From NCBI GenBank assembly GCA_965199825.1, contig OZ241329.1:736001-800000 (forward strand): 64,000 nucleotides of DNA, given 5' to 3'. Of the stretch, positions 1-8,856 are shown one piece after another (position 1 is the stretch's first letter; each line of letters starts with the position of its first letter). Source of the stretch: Bdellovibrionales bacterium (lineage in GTDB: Bacteria > Bdellovibrionota > Bdellovibrionia > Bdellovibrionales > UBA1609). The translations under genes and the position numbers were made by a program. The notes beneath the pieces are model-generated. The model made no database searches and had not been told where the DNA came from. It saw only the letters and a program-made list of their open reading frames with translations.

Positions 1-526
1 TTAATGCATCAATCAACTTTTCAGCAACGATGGCCGCGGTCTCTGCGTATTGATGTTTGAATTCATCATCCGCTTTTGAACTGAGAATCCAGCCCATTCT
101 ATCAAGATATGGCAGACTGTATCTCTCTGCATCTGAACGGAACGTGACGAGTCGCTCGAGGTCGCGTGCCAAAGGGCTTCTCTGCTCAGATTTGGGAGGG
201 TCAACGTGTCCGTTTAATATCTCTTCGGTGCGAACCTGTAGTGCTAGCACAGTGAGATCTCCGATCACTTCATATACCGTTCTCATCGTTTCTAAAGATA
301 AGTATGGTCGCTCAAACCGATTCTCCATCAAACCTAAGTAAGATGCGTGATCTAAATAATAAACAGGATCGTATAAATCAAATGGCTTTGGCTCAAGTAA
401 ATCGTAATTATTTAGATAGTAATTGGCAATTGCACGAATCTTTGCAGGATCATTAGGCAGCGGCAGCTGAGTGCCACCAACCTGGGCAAAAGCAATAAAC
501 GCAATAAGCTGGAACAACCATGTCAT
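1..526 (-). CDS. Hypothetical secreted protein (partial, runs off the window start)
   Basis: Not in the ORF track. ATG at 526 follows a GGAG RBS. It reads MTWLFQLIAFIAFAQVGG... with no stop before position 1, and has a hydrophobic N-terminus. Confidence 0.65.
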   Translation of the reverse strand, partial: MTWLFQLIAFIAFAQVGGTQLPLPNDPAKIRAIANYYLNNYDLLEPKPFDLYDPVYYLDHASYLGLMENRFERPYLSLETMRTVYEVIGDLTVLALQVRTEEILNGHVDPPKSEQRSPLARDLERLVTFRSDAERYSLPYLDRMGWILSSKADDEFKHQYAETAAIVAEKLIDAL

Positions 527-614
527 AAAAGCTCCGACTGTTAGACTAACGGGCTAGCTCGTTCTTGTTGAGTTGTCAAAATGAAGACGATGGGTCAATT
601 GTATATGGAATGTT

Positions 615-674
615 TCGCAGCTCCGTGAGGACACGGATGTGGCGACCAAAAAAATTAAGAGTCGTCGTGCCCGC
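615..674. repeat. REP-like hairpin plus a GCGGGCACGAC motif
   Basis: Stem TCCGTG(622-627)/CACGGA(632-637) inside TCGC...GCGA, followed by CCAAAAA as at 61751-61775. GTCGTGCCCGC lies at 664-674. Confidence 0.4.
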
Positions 675-767
675 CCCCAATTGATGAGTCTCCATATACA
701 GTTTGGAAATCAGAAAATTTGAATTGCGTGATAAACAATACCGCTATAATATTTTTACTCAATATAT

Positions 768-2390
768 CTATCTAAAGTATGAACCACATAACTTTGCACG
801 GTCAGGTTCGTACTGGAGAAGATATTTTTTTTGCTCTTCCAAAAATTTAAGGTCTGATATTTTATGTACGCCCTCTCCTTCTTTTAAACAAAAAACACTG
901 ATTGTTTGAAGTTGATTTTTATTCGAAGAGTCTGAGACCATTTGCTGAATCACTGGATTTCTCATAAGTGAATTTATTATGAGATCCGCAATTTGTGCAC
1001 CGTAAACAGGGCGCAATCCCATATCAATTTTTGAAAGGCAGAGATTTACTGCCGTTCCCGATGTTTCGCGACAACCATTGCAACTGCGTCCATTGTAGCC
1101 TTGCAGAGCCCAGCTCAGAGAGTGATTAGAATCAATAGCATTTTGCGATCGCCTCTTTGCATATTTTAAACCCAATAAACTTTTTGTTTGCGCGATTGTT
1201 TCTGAATTCGAGTTCGCTACATCCGATAGCACGTCCACACAACACTGGCCTTCGGCTTGAGCAGAAATGTCTAGTTTCAGAGCGGTCGACACCCAGTTAT
1301 TTTCTTTGCATAACCTAGTTTTTTTGACGTTGTTATTGCTCGGTTCGATCAGTGCTAAAACAGGAACTACTTTTTGTCTGCTGAGAACCCCTTTACATCC
1401 TTTTTCATCTTTACATTTAAGGATCGATAAATCCTCTGAGTTACTTATTCTTTCTTCTAAAGAGACTCTTTCTTCATGTATGTCTGATGACTGCTTAGCC
1501 ATCCCCATTATTAATGCGGCTTGTTTCTCTGATAGATTCGATTTCCCGCCCACATATGAATGTTTAGCGACCAACATTCGTGCAGTAAATAGACCATCGT
1601 CTTTTCGACCGAGCTCAAGATACTTTTCCTCAAAACTTGTAGAAAATGTTTTTGAATACTGGGGTTGAGGATTTAGATTACAATTCATCTCAGAAACCCC
1701 AGCAATTTGATCAATAGGCATCAAGCCATACTGTTCACTGTAATATCCAGAATAAGCTTTGTCTTCGCCCTGCTTAATATCCAGAGGTGGGTTTTCCAAA
1801 AGAACGATAGCCAGAGCCATAAATGGATCAAGACCTAAGGCAATCGCTTTATCTATCAAGTATTGAATTTTATTTTTATCGTAGTTGGTGGCGGACTTGT
1901 TAGATAGCGGGCCACGGAATGGATAAGTTATAGCGATATGAGCATCATCTTGAGCGGCCGAAGAACAATCGGCGAGCAAAGCTTGCTGCTTGGCCATTGC
2001 AATACCGAATTTCGAGGAAATTGGATTCTGAGCTGCTGTTGCCATGGCTGCATTAAGCACACGATTCGTGTTACTTACTAGAATAGCGTTTTTGTTAATT
2101 TGAGAATTGCAGTTGCGACATTCTGTTTTTTGCAACGACGAACTTGAGATTATCTTTTCATTAGATGTCGGCAAACTTAGCAGATTAGGTTTATAACTGT
2201 AGGACATCAATTTTCCATGCTCATCACACTTAAATTCCATATCGTAAGCATTAACAAAATGGGCGGAACCAAAATAAAATATAAACAAAAGATAAACATT
2301 CTTAGCAAAAATATTGTTCACAATTATATTGTACAGCTGAGGAATAGCTAAGAGATCAATCATATCAGGGGAATAAAAAATTTTGACCAA
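768..2390 (-). CDS. Secreted protein with a split lytic transglycosylase (SLT/lysozyme-like) domain; true start probably downstream of 2390
   Basis: SLT-like motifs in order: GLDPFMALAIVLLE, YGLMPI, ALQGYNG, YGAQI. Signal-like stretch LLFIFYFGSAHFVNA. Confidence 0.5.
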   Translation of the reverse strand: MVKIFYSPDMIDLLAIPQLYNIIVNNIFAKNVYLLFIFYFGSAHFVNAYDMEFKCDEHGKLMSYSYKPNLLSLPTSNEKIISSSSLQKTECRNCNSQINKNAILVSNTNRVLNAAMATAAQNPISSKFGIAMAKQQALLADCSSAAQDDAHIAITYPFRGPLSNKSATNYDKNKIQYLIDKAIALGLDPFMALAIVLLENPPLDIKQGEDKAYSGYYSEQYGLMPIDQIAGVSEMNCNLNPQPQYSKTFSTSFEEKYLELGRKDDGLFTARMLVAKHSYVGGKSNLSEKQAALIMGMAKQSSDIHEERVSLEERISNSEDLSILKCKDEKGCKGVLSRQKVVPVLALIEPSNNNVKKTRLCKENNWVSTALKLDISAQAEGQCCVDVLSDVANSNSETIAQTKSLLGLKYAKRRSQNAIDSNHSLSWALQGYNGRSCNGCRETSGTAVNLCLSKIDMGLRPVYGAQIADLIINSLMRNPVIQQMVSDSSNKNQLQTISVFCLKEGEGVHKISDLKFLEEQKKYLLQYEPDRAKLCGSYFR

Positions 2391-2629
2391 AGTCGGGCAA
2401 AAGGATCAGACAAATGATTCCTGCTAAGCGCAACTAAAGCCCTTACGCTTTTATTGGTATAGCAACCTGCAGAATTACAAAAAGCGAACGAAGGTGCACT
2501 CCGACTTTAGATTTTTCGATCAATCAACTGCTGTTAAATTTTGCGCAAGAAATGTTATATAGCCTCGTGTCTCCACCAAATGCCCCACAGCCAACCTCCC
2601 CTTCAATCGGGTTAACTCATAATGTAAAT

Positions 2630-3541
2630 TTAGAGTGGTTTGCGTAAAGACAATTTCAAAACAATGCCTTTTTCATAGGGCCCACGATGACCAGCATTAA
2701 AGTTTTTGAATTCAACATATCGAAAAAATTTACCGTCGTAGATTATTGAGAGATCCTCATTTGACCAACTCAAAGTTTCGACAAGTTTTAAAAATAAAGA
2801 TGGATTTACAAAAGCTGAAAACACGATTTGTCCGCCAGGTGCTGTAACACGGTAGGCTTCTCGCAAAGTATCATAAGCGAGTGACGACCAAGTTGGTAAC
2901 CAAGCTCGCCGCCAGCTCCCAAAGATTACAAAATTATTGATCAACATGTGACTGAGTACTGATGTGGCCCAACCGTCAGGCAGAGGGAGTTGAGACGAAC
3001 TTGCGGCTATCAGCCGTCCTGAGGAACCATAACGATTTAAAAAGTTACGAAGGGAATCCCCCGCTTCGCATTTTGGTATGGGGTTCAAGCCATATATGGG
3101 ATCGATAGCACAAACATGTATGTTCGGAATCTCGTTCAAAGATTTGAACAATGGACTATAACCTTCTCCAAGGAGAACGACTCGTGGACCGAGGTCAGGC
3201 AAATCTCTTTCCCTAAAATTGAGATTTTTTAAGATCGTTTCTAAGTCGTAAACTTTAGCGCTTGACCTTCCATTATTAAAAGTTATGCCCCCATCCGGTT
3301 TGCTACTATAACTTCCCAAGATCGTGCTGCAATTGACTGACGCGAAAACCGGAGTATGACTGTAAGAGATCAATAAGGATACAAACAAAAAAAAAGTACT
3401 GAATGTCTTCTGATTGCGACGCAGAGAAAGTTTCGAAAGCTTACACATACTCATTACAAGAAATTTGCAATTTACAAGCCCAGGTAGAAACAGTTTTTTA
3501 CGACTCAAAAATTTCAATACAAAGCTTAGTATCAAAAACAA
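2630..3541 (-). CDS. Class I SAM-dependent methyltransferase-like protein with a signal-like N-terminus (start uncertain)
   Basis: VVLLGEG motif I, AIDP, QLPLPDG, LREAYRVTAPGGQIVF. Confidence 0.6.
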   Translation of the reverse strand: MFLILSFVLKFLSRKKLFLPGLVNCKFLVMSMCKLSKLSLRRNQKTFSTFFLFVSLLISYSHTPVFASVNCSTILGSYSSKPDGGITFNNGRSSAKVYDLETILKNLNFRERDLPDLGPRVVLLGEGYSPLFKSLNEIPNIHVCAIDPIYGLNPIPKCEAGDSLRNFLNRYGSSGRLIAASSSQLPLPDGWATSVLSHMLINNFVIFGSWRRAWLPTWSSLAYDTLREAYRVTAPGGQIVFSAFVNPSLFLKLVETLSWSNEDLSIIYDGKFFRYVEFKNFNAGHRGPYEKGIVLKLSLRKPL

Positions 3542-3572
3542 AATTTAAAAAATTTTTATATTGGAATCGTTA

Positions 3573-3780
3573 TTCGCAGTTTTTGCTGCGAACGAAGGCA
3601 TTAGGTCCTCGTGTCCCCACCAACACACCTGCATCCATGCATACAACCGGCTTGACCGCTCAGCAGGCCATCCGGGCCTGCTGCCCCACATCCAATCCTC
3701 CCTTTGGTCGGATCAGCTGCGGGTCGCGTTCAACCTTCTCGTCCCTCAGCCCATGAACCCTTCGTTGCTGCGAACGAAGG
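3573..3780. repeat. Hairpin-rich, GC-rich tRNA-linked element bounded by a 16-bp direct repeat
   Basis: TTGCTGCGAACGAAGG at 3583-3598 and 3765-3780. Stems at 3573-3592, 3630-3641, 3661-3683 and 3759-3780. 3741-3752 is an inverted copy of tRNA positions 3826-3837. Confidence 0.6.
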
Positions 3781-3819
3781 TATGATGTGTCTTCACTATT
3801 TTAGTTCTTAATTTTATTT

Positions 3820-3896
3820 TGGTAGGGGCTGAGGGACTCGAACCCCCGATCCGCCGGTTATGAGCCGGCTGCTTTAACCAACTAAGCTAAGCCCCC
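3820..3896 (-). tRNA. tRNA with CAT anticodon, probably tRNA-Ile2 (lysidine) rather than Met
   Basis: Cloverleaf GGGGGCTTAGCTTAGTTGG...CTCATAA...GTTCGAGTCCCTCAGCCCCTACCA. The anticodon arm resembles Ile2, and the position right after rpoD matches ileX. Confidence 0.9.
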
Positions 3897-3909
3897 AGTT
3901 GGTTTTTTG

Positions 3910-5733
3910 CTATTCGATAAAAGTTTTTAAAACTTTGGAACGACTGGGGTGTCGAAGCTTGCGCAATGCTTTGGCTTCGATTTGCCGAATCCGTTCACGA
4001 GTCACGTTAAAATCTTGGCCCACTTCTTCAAGTGTATGATCCGAGTCTTCGCCAATTCCAAAACGCATGCGAAGAACTTTTTCTTCACGTGCAGTCAGCG
4101 ACGAAAGCACACGGCGAGTTTGTTCGGCCAAATTTAAATTCACGATGGCTTCGCCTGGGTTGATCACTTTTTTGTCTTCGATAAAATCACCAAGATGCGA
4201 ATCTTCTTCTTCGCCCACTGGAGTTTCGAGACTGATCGGTTCTTTGGCAATTTTTAAAACCTTGCGGACTTTGTCTACAGGCATATCCATTTTTTCGGCG
4301 ATCTCTTCGGGCATAGGCTCACGACCAAGCTCTTGCACGAGATACCGTGAGGTGCGGACCAGCTTGTTGATGGTCTCGATCATATGCACAGGAATACGAA
4401 TGGTGCGGGCTTGATCGGCAATGGCGCGAGTGATCGCTTGGCGAATCCACCATGTGGCGTAAGTCGAAAATTTATATCCACGACGATATTCAAATTTATC
4501 AACAGCCTTCATCAAACCGATGTTGCCCTCTTGGATTAAATCCAAAAATTGCAGACCGCGGTTGGTATATTTTTTTGCAATCGAAACAACAAGTCGCAAG
4601 TTGGCTTCAACCAATTCGGATTTGGCTTTGTCGGCCTCGCGCTCACCTTTCCAAATGGCGGTGTAAGTATCGCGAATCCATTCGAAACTCATTTCAGAAT
4701 CATCGCCTAAACGTTCGATTCGGGTTTGGGCATCCCGCGACGACACAACAAAACCGCGAAAGGTGTTAAAATTGAGGCCGGTGTCTTTGGTCATCTTCGC
4801 CACTTCTTGGTCTGAAGATTCGATTGTTTTGTAGCGCGCAATCAATTGTGTGACGTCTTTGCTAAATGTTTTTTCAACAGCTTCGCGAACACGTCTGCGC
4901 AGTTGGGTCATGCGAGTCACAAGGTTTTTAAATTTAATGACGATGCGATTAATCGTTTTACGATTAAAGTTGATCGATTCAAAATCGGCCATCAATTCGA
5001 GATTGATTTGTGTGAGCTCTTCTTGAGCCAATTTAAATTGTGAGGTCGAAGGCGCATTGTCCTTCATCAGGCCAAACGCTTTGACCGATTTTTTTTGGTA
5101 GCGCTTGACGTGGCCGATGAGCTCATGAATTTTTTCGATGTACTCTTGTTCGTCGTATTGAGTTTCTTCATCTTCGAGTCCACGAAAAATCGCTTTAATT
5201 TTTATACGGCCCTCATCCAAACGTTTTCCGAGTTGGATGATTTCGTTGGTCCCAATCGGCGACATTAAAATCGCACGTACAATTTCGCGCTCCCCGTCTT
5301 CGATACGGCGGGCGATTTCGACTTCACCTTCGCGAGTCAAAAGAGAAACTGAACCCATCTTTCGCAAATAAAGTCGAACGGGATCATTCGAGCGAGTGTC
5401 TTCTTCGGTTTCGGCTTCTTCCTCTTCTTCTTCTTGTGAAGCGGCGGGATCGGCAAGAAAGAAGGAATCTTCTTCGTCGTCTTTCTTTAATTCACTCGCA
5501 TCTGAAATTACTACACCAGCGGTCTCAAGACCTTGCATCAGATGATCAAGGGCTGTGGCCGAAATAATCTCTTGAGGGAGTTGCTCGTTGATCTCCGCGA
5601 TCAATAAGCTGCCCTTATCTTTGAAGATTTTTGTAAATCGAAGAATCTCTTCCTTAATCGCTTCTAGTTGCTGTTCTAGGGTCATTTCATTCACCTTTGA
5701 TGAGGACTCGGAAGAAGTCTGTTTTTTTGCCAT
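3910..5733 (-). CDS. rpoD: RNA polymerase primary sigma factor sigma70
   Basis: [66 protein letters not shown]. Confidence 0.99.
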   Translation of the reverse strand: MAKKQTSSESSSKVNEMTLEQQLEAIKEEILRFTKIFKDKGSLLIAEINEQLPQEIISATALDHLMQGLETAGVVISDASELKKDDEEDSFFLADPAASQEEEEEEAETEEDTRSNDPVRLYLRKMGSVSLLTREGEVEIARRIEDGEREIVRAILMSPIGTNEIIQLGKRLDEGRIKIKAIFRGLEDEETQYDEQEYIEKIHELIGHVKRYQKKSVKAFGLMKDNAPSTSQFKLAQEELTQINLELMADFESINFNRKTINRIVIKFKNLVTRMTQLRRRVREAVEKTFSKDVTQLIARYKTIESSDQEVAKMTKDTGLNFNTFRGFVVSSRDAQTRIERLGDDSEMSFEWIRDTYTAIWKGEREADKAKSELVEANLRLVVSIAKKYTNRGLQFLDLIQEGNIGLMKAVDKFEYRRGYKFSTYATWWIRQAITRAIADQARTIRIPVHMIETINKLVRTSRYLVQELGREPMPEEIAEKMDMPVDKVRKVLKIAKEPISLETPVGEEEDSHLGDFIEDKKVINPGEAIVNLNLAEQTRRVLSSLTAREEKVLRMRFGIGEDSDHTLEEVGQDFNVTRERIRQIEAKALRKLRHPSRSKVLKTFIE

Positions 5734-5753
5734 TTTTCTTTACTCCAGCCAGT

Positions 5754-7577
5754 TCATGTGGGTTCAGGTTCATTTTTTAGCGCCTGCCTGTCTCGTTGGA
5801 TATTCATAATCTGTTCCAACTGGCCTAACTGGTCCGTAGCCTTGAGACCGCGCAGGTGCGATGTGATCTGCTTTTGTTTGATCCGCAAGTCCGATTCACG
5901 AATTTTTCGCGAGCAATCGGAGATCAATTTTTTAGCCCCCTCCCGAGAAATATCCACGAAAGGTTTGTCGAGATGCAAACTCACGGTGGACGATGGCTTT
6001 ACTTGCGTTGTTAAGAGACCTGTTAATTTATCAAAATTACTCGGCATTTGTCTATAGATGCGCTCGATTCGATTAAAAATCTCAACGAGGGCTTTGCTTG
6101 CAAACTGACTCATAATGTTACTTGCTAAGATTTCGTCAAGATACTCGGCTCGCAAAAGCGCAAGATTTAAGAGCTCAATTTCTGCTCGCGGTGCCTTTTC
6201 AACCGTGACAAGATCGCTGGGCACGTCAACCGGAGGCGCCACCGTTTGAGAAGTTTTTGGCGCCTGTTTGGGCACACCTTCCACATTTTTACGGAGTGCC
6301 GAGGCCACCCATTTTTGGGGAAGATTCAACCAGCCCGCAAGTTCGTGGCTATACAAATCGCGCAATCGCTCATCGGGTGAAGCCATCAAAACGGGGCCAA
6401 GGATGTCCAAAAGTCGAACTCGATCCGCCTGCGTGCCAGAAAATCCTTTCATATATTTTTGAATCAACAATGAAAAGAGCTCGGGCGCTGAAAGAAGTAA
6501 GCCTTTTAATTTTTCTGGACCATTTGCTTTTAAAAATTCATCGGGATCTTGGGATTGCGGAAGAATCAATGCGCGTGGAAAAAGCCCTTGCGACAATAAA
6601 ATCGGAGCCGACCGCTCGGCTGCCGCTTGGCCCGCGTTGTCGCCATCAAAGAGCACCACCACATTTTGGGTGTAGCGCTTGAGCAACCGCGCATGATCAA
6701 CAGTCAAAGCGGTACCTAAGGTGGCCACCACATTTTGAATGCCGGCCTCATAGAGCGCTAAATAATCGGTGTAGCCCTCAACAACGATGGCCTGATCTTG
6801 AGCACGAATAAATTTGGCTGATTCATTTAATCCGTAAAATAGTCGGCCTTTATGAAAAATGGGCGAATCCGAACTGTTTAAATATTTTGGCGGATCCTCA
6901 CCTAGAGCGCGCCCTCCAAATCCGATCACGTCGCCAGCCACCGAAAAAATTGGAAAGATCAATCGATTGCGAAAAATATCAAAATATCCAATTTGTGATT
7001 TTGTGCTTTTTTTGACGAGACCCAGCTCGGCTGCAACATCGAGCGGAATTTTACGCGCCATAAAGATCTTTGTCAGTTGATCCCAAGATTCCGACACATA
7101 ACCGATTCGAAATCGCTCCACCGCATCTTCAGAAAATCCTCGTGCCTTAAGATAAGTTCTGACCGAATGATCTGGGGGACAGTCTTTGAGCCATTTAACA
7201 AAATGCTCACTCGCAAATTTTGCGATCTTCATTTGTAGCTTTTTTTTATCGCCTGAGGGTTGGAACCCCGATCCGGTTTCTTGCGGAAGAGCGATCGCCG
7301 CGCGGTTAGCCAAATACTCCACCGCATCAGGAAAATTGAGACCCTGGATTTGCTCAAGAAAAGTAAAGATGTTGCCTGATTTTTTACAACCAAAACAGTA
7401 ATAAACTTGTTTTGTTTGGCTTACCGAAAAGCTTGGCGATTTTTCGCGATGATCCGGAAAGGGACATAGACCATTGAGGTTTGAGCCCGAGGGTTTGAGC
7501 TGAGTAAATTGACCGATAATATCGACGATATCATTCGCATCGCGAACCTTTTCGATAAAATCCGAATCAAATTTCAT
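5754..7577 (-). CDS. dnaG: DNA primase
   Basis: CPFPDH...CFGC zinc finger, KYLNS, VEGYTD, FDGDNAG and DPDE Toprim motifs; lies upstream of rpoD. Confidence 0.98.
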   Translation of the reverse strand: MKFDSDFIEKVRDANDIVDIIGQFTQLKPSGSNLNGLCPFPDHREKSPSFSVSQTKQVYYCFGCKKSGNIFTFLEQIQGLNFPDAVEYLANRAAIALPQETGSGFQPSGDKKKLQMKIAKFASEHFVKWLKDCPPDHSVRTYLKARGFSEDAVERFRIGYVSESWDQLTKIFMARKIPLDVAAELGLVKKSTKSQIGYFDIFRNRLIFPIFSVAGDVIGFGGRALGEDPPKYLNSSDSPIFHKGRLFYGLNESAKFIRAQDQAIVVEGYTDYLALYEAGIQNVVATLGTALTVDHARLLKRYTQNVVVLFDGDNAGQAAAERSAPILLSQGLFPRALILPQSQDPDEFLKANGPEKLKGLLLSAPELFSLLIQKYMKGFSGTQADRVRLLDILGPVLMASPDERLRDLYSHELAGWLNLPQKWVASALRKNVEGVPKQAPKTSQTVAPPVDVPSDLVTVEKAPRAEIELLNLALLRAEYLDEILASNIMSQFASKALVEIFNRIERIYRQMPSNFDKLTGLLTTQVKPSSTVSLHLDKPFVDISREGAKKLISDCSRKIRESDLRIKQKQITSHLRGLKATDQLGQLEQIMNIQRDRQALKNEPEPT

Positions 7578-7593
7578 AAGCTCCTAAGCGATT

Positions 7594-8046
7594 TTATGCG
7601 CCGGTCAGACTTGCTTTTACAATCTCACTTACGAGTTTGTTGTCGGCAGTCCCTTGGGTACGAGCTTGAACTTCTTTGATGACTGCACCCATTTGTTTAA
7701 TGGATGTAGCACTTAAGGCATTGATGACATCTTTGATTGTAGAACGAACCTGATCTTCAGACAGTTGCTGGGGTAAATAAGCTTCGATTAATTTTAATTC
7801 TGCAGATTCTTTGTCCACCAGATCCTGCCGATTGGCTTTTTGATACTGGTCGATAGATTCTTTACGTTGTTTGGCCATTTTTTTAACAACGGCCAAAATA
7901 TCTTGTTCTGTAATAGCTGCGGGACGAGCTTCGATTTCGCGATTTTTGATGGCTGCCTGTAAAAAGCGAATTGCATCCACCTTGAGTTGATCTTTGCTTT
8001 TCATGGCCTCTTTAAGGTCAGACATCAAATGTTCGCGAAGAGTCAT
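7594..8046 (-). CDS. GatB/YqeY domain protein
   Basis: [30 protein letters not shown]; typical position between rpsU and dnaG. Confidence 0.95.
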   Translation of the reverse strand: MTLREHLMSDLKEAMKSKDQLKVDAIRFLQAAIKNREIEARPAAITEQDILAVVKKMAKQRKESIDQYQKANRQDLVDKESAELKLIEAYLPQQLSEDQVRSTIKDVINALSATSIKQMGAVIKEVQARTQGTADNKLVSEIVKASLTGA

Positions 8047-8246
8047 AAGGTTGGACCCATTTTCTTCTGTTTCTTAATTAAACGCTTACGTGCTGCTATC
8101 GACTTTTTCTTGAGACGCACACTCGGTTTTTCAAAGTGCTCGCGCTTTTTAATTTCTGAAAGCAAACCAGATTTTTCACAGGCTTTTTTAAAACGACGGA
8201 ACGCTTGTTCAAAGCCTTCACCATCGCGGATACGAATCACTGCCAC
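8043..8246 (-). CDS. rpsU: 30S ribosomal protein S21
   Basis: [22 protein letters not shown] start at 8246 inferred. Confidence 0.97.
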   Translation of the reverse strand: MAVIRIRDGEGFEQAFRRFKKACEKSGLLSEIKKREHFEKPSVRLKKKSIAARKRLIKKQKKMGPTL

Positions 8247-8322
8247 AACCAATCACCTGCCTCTCAGATTTTTAAAAAAAGAACTTTCGTGTTTACTCTG
8301 TTGATTGTAGCAATAGCAAAGC

Positions 8323-8808
8323 ATGACGCAACAGTCAAAAGATGAAGTGATAATGAGCCGAGCTTTAGAGCTGGCACGAATGGCCCAGGCGCAAGGCGAT
8401 ATTCCGGTGGGTGCAGTGATCGTTCGTAACGGCGTGATCATTGCTGAATCCTTTAACGAAAAAGAATTTAGCCATTCTGCAACCTACCATGCCGAGATTT
8501 TGGCGATCGAGCGGGCCTCCAAATTACTTAAATCTTGGCGCCTGACCGACTGCACCCTTTACGTCACCCTTGAGCCTTGCGTGATGTGTGCAGGAGCCAT
8601 TATTCAGGCGCGTTTAGAGCGCGTGGTGTTTGGGTGTACCGATCTCAAAGCCGGTGGGATTTCATTATTTTCTATTTTGTCTGATGCGCGTCTGAACCAT
8701 CGACCCGTGGTTGAAGGGGGATGCCTCGCTGCACTGTGCTCGCAAATTTTGCGCGAATTTTTTATGACACGCCGAAACCAACTGCGCCTCGAAAGGGCAC
8801 AACTTTAG
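8323..8808 (+). CDS. tadA: tRNA adenosine(34) deaminase
   Basis: PVGAVIV, HAE, TLYVTLEPCVMCAGA, LNH. Confidence 0.93.
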   Translation: MTQQSKDEVIMSRALELARMAQAQGDIPVGAVIVRNGVIIAESFNEKEFSHSATYHAEILAIERASKLLKSWRLTDCTLYVTLEPCVMCAGAIIQARLERVVFGCTDLKAGGISLFSILSDARLNHRPVVEGGCLAALCSQILREFFMTRRNQLRLERAQL

Positions 8809-8822
8809 TCCCTGAAATTGAT

Positions 8823-8849
8823 CAAGTTTTGGCTAATTTCTGACGATAA
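8823..8849 (+). promoter_or_regulatory. Putative sigma28 (FliA)-like promoter
   Basis: CAAG-N15-GACGATAA versus consensus TAAA-N15-GCCGATAA, immediately upstream of the ATG at 8857. Confidence 0.35.
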
Positions 8850-8856
8850 CTTGAAT

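Noticed and set aside
3573..3780. 6S RNA, RNase P RNA, tmRNA or SRP RNA
   Set aside because: The hallmark sequences and long-range terminal pairing of these RNAs are not visible.
3949..7401. Short plus-strand ORFs opposite rpoD/dnaG (and similar ones opposite coxA, secA and spoVR)
   Set aside because: Antisense shadows of well-conserved genes.
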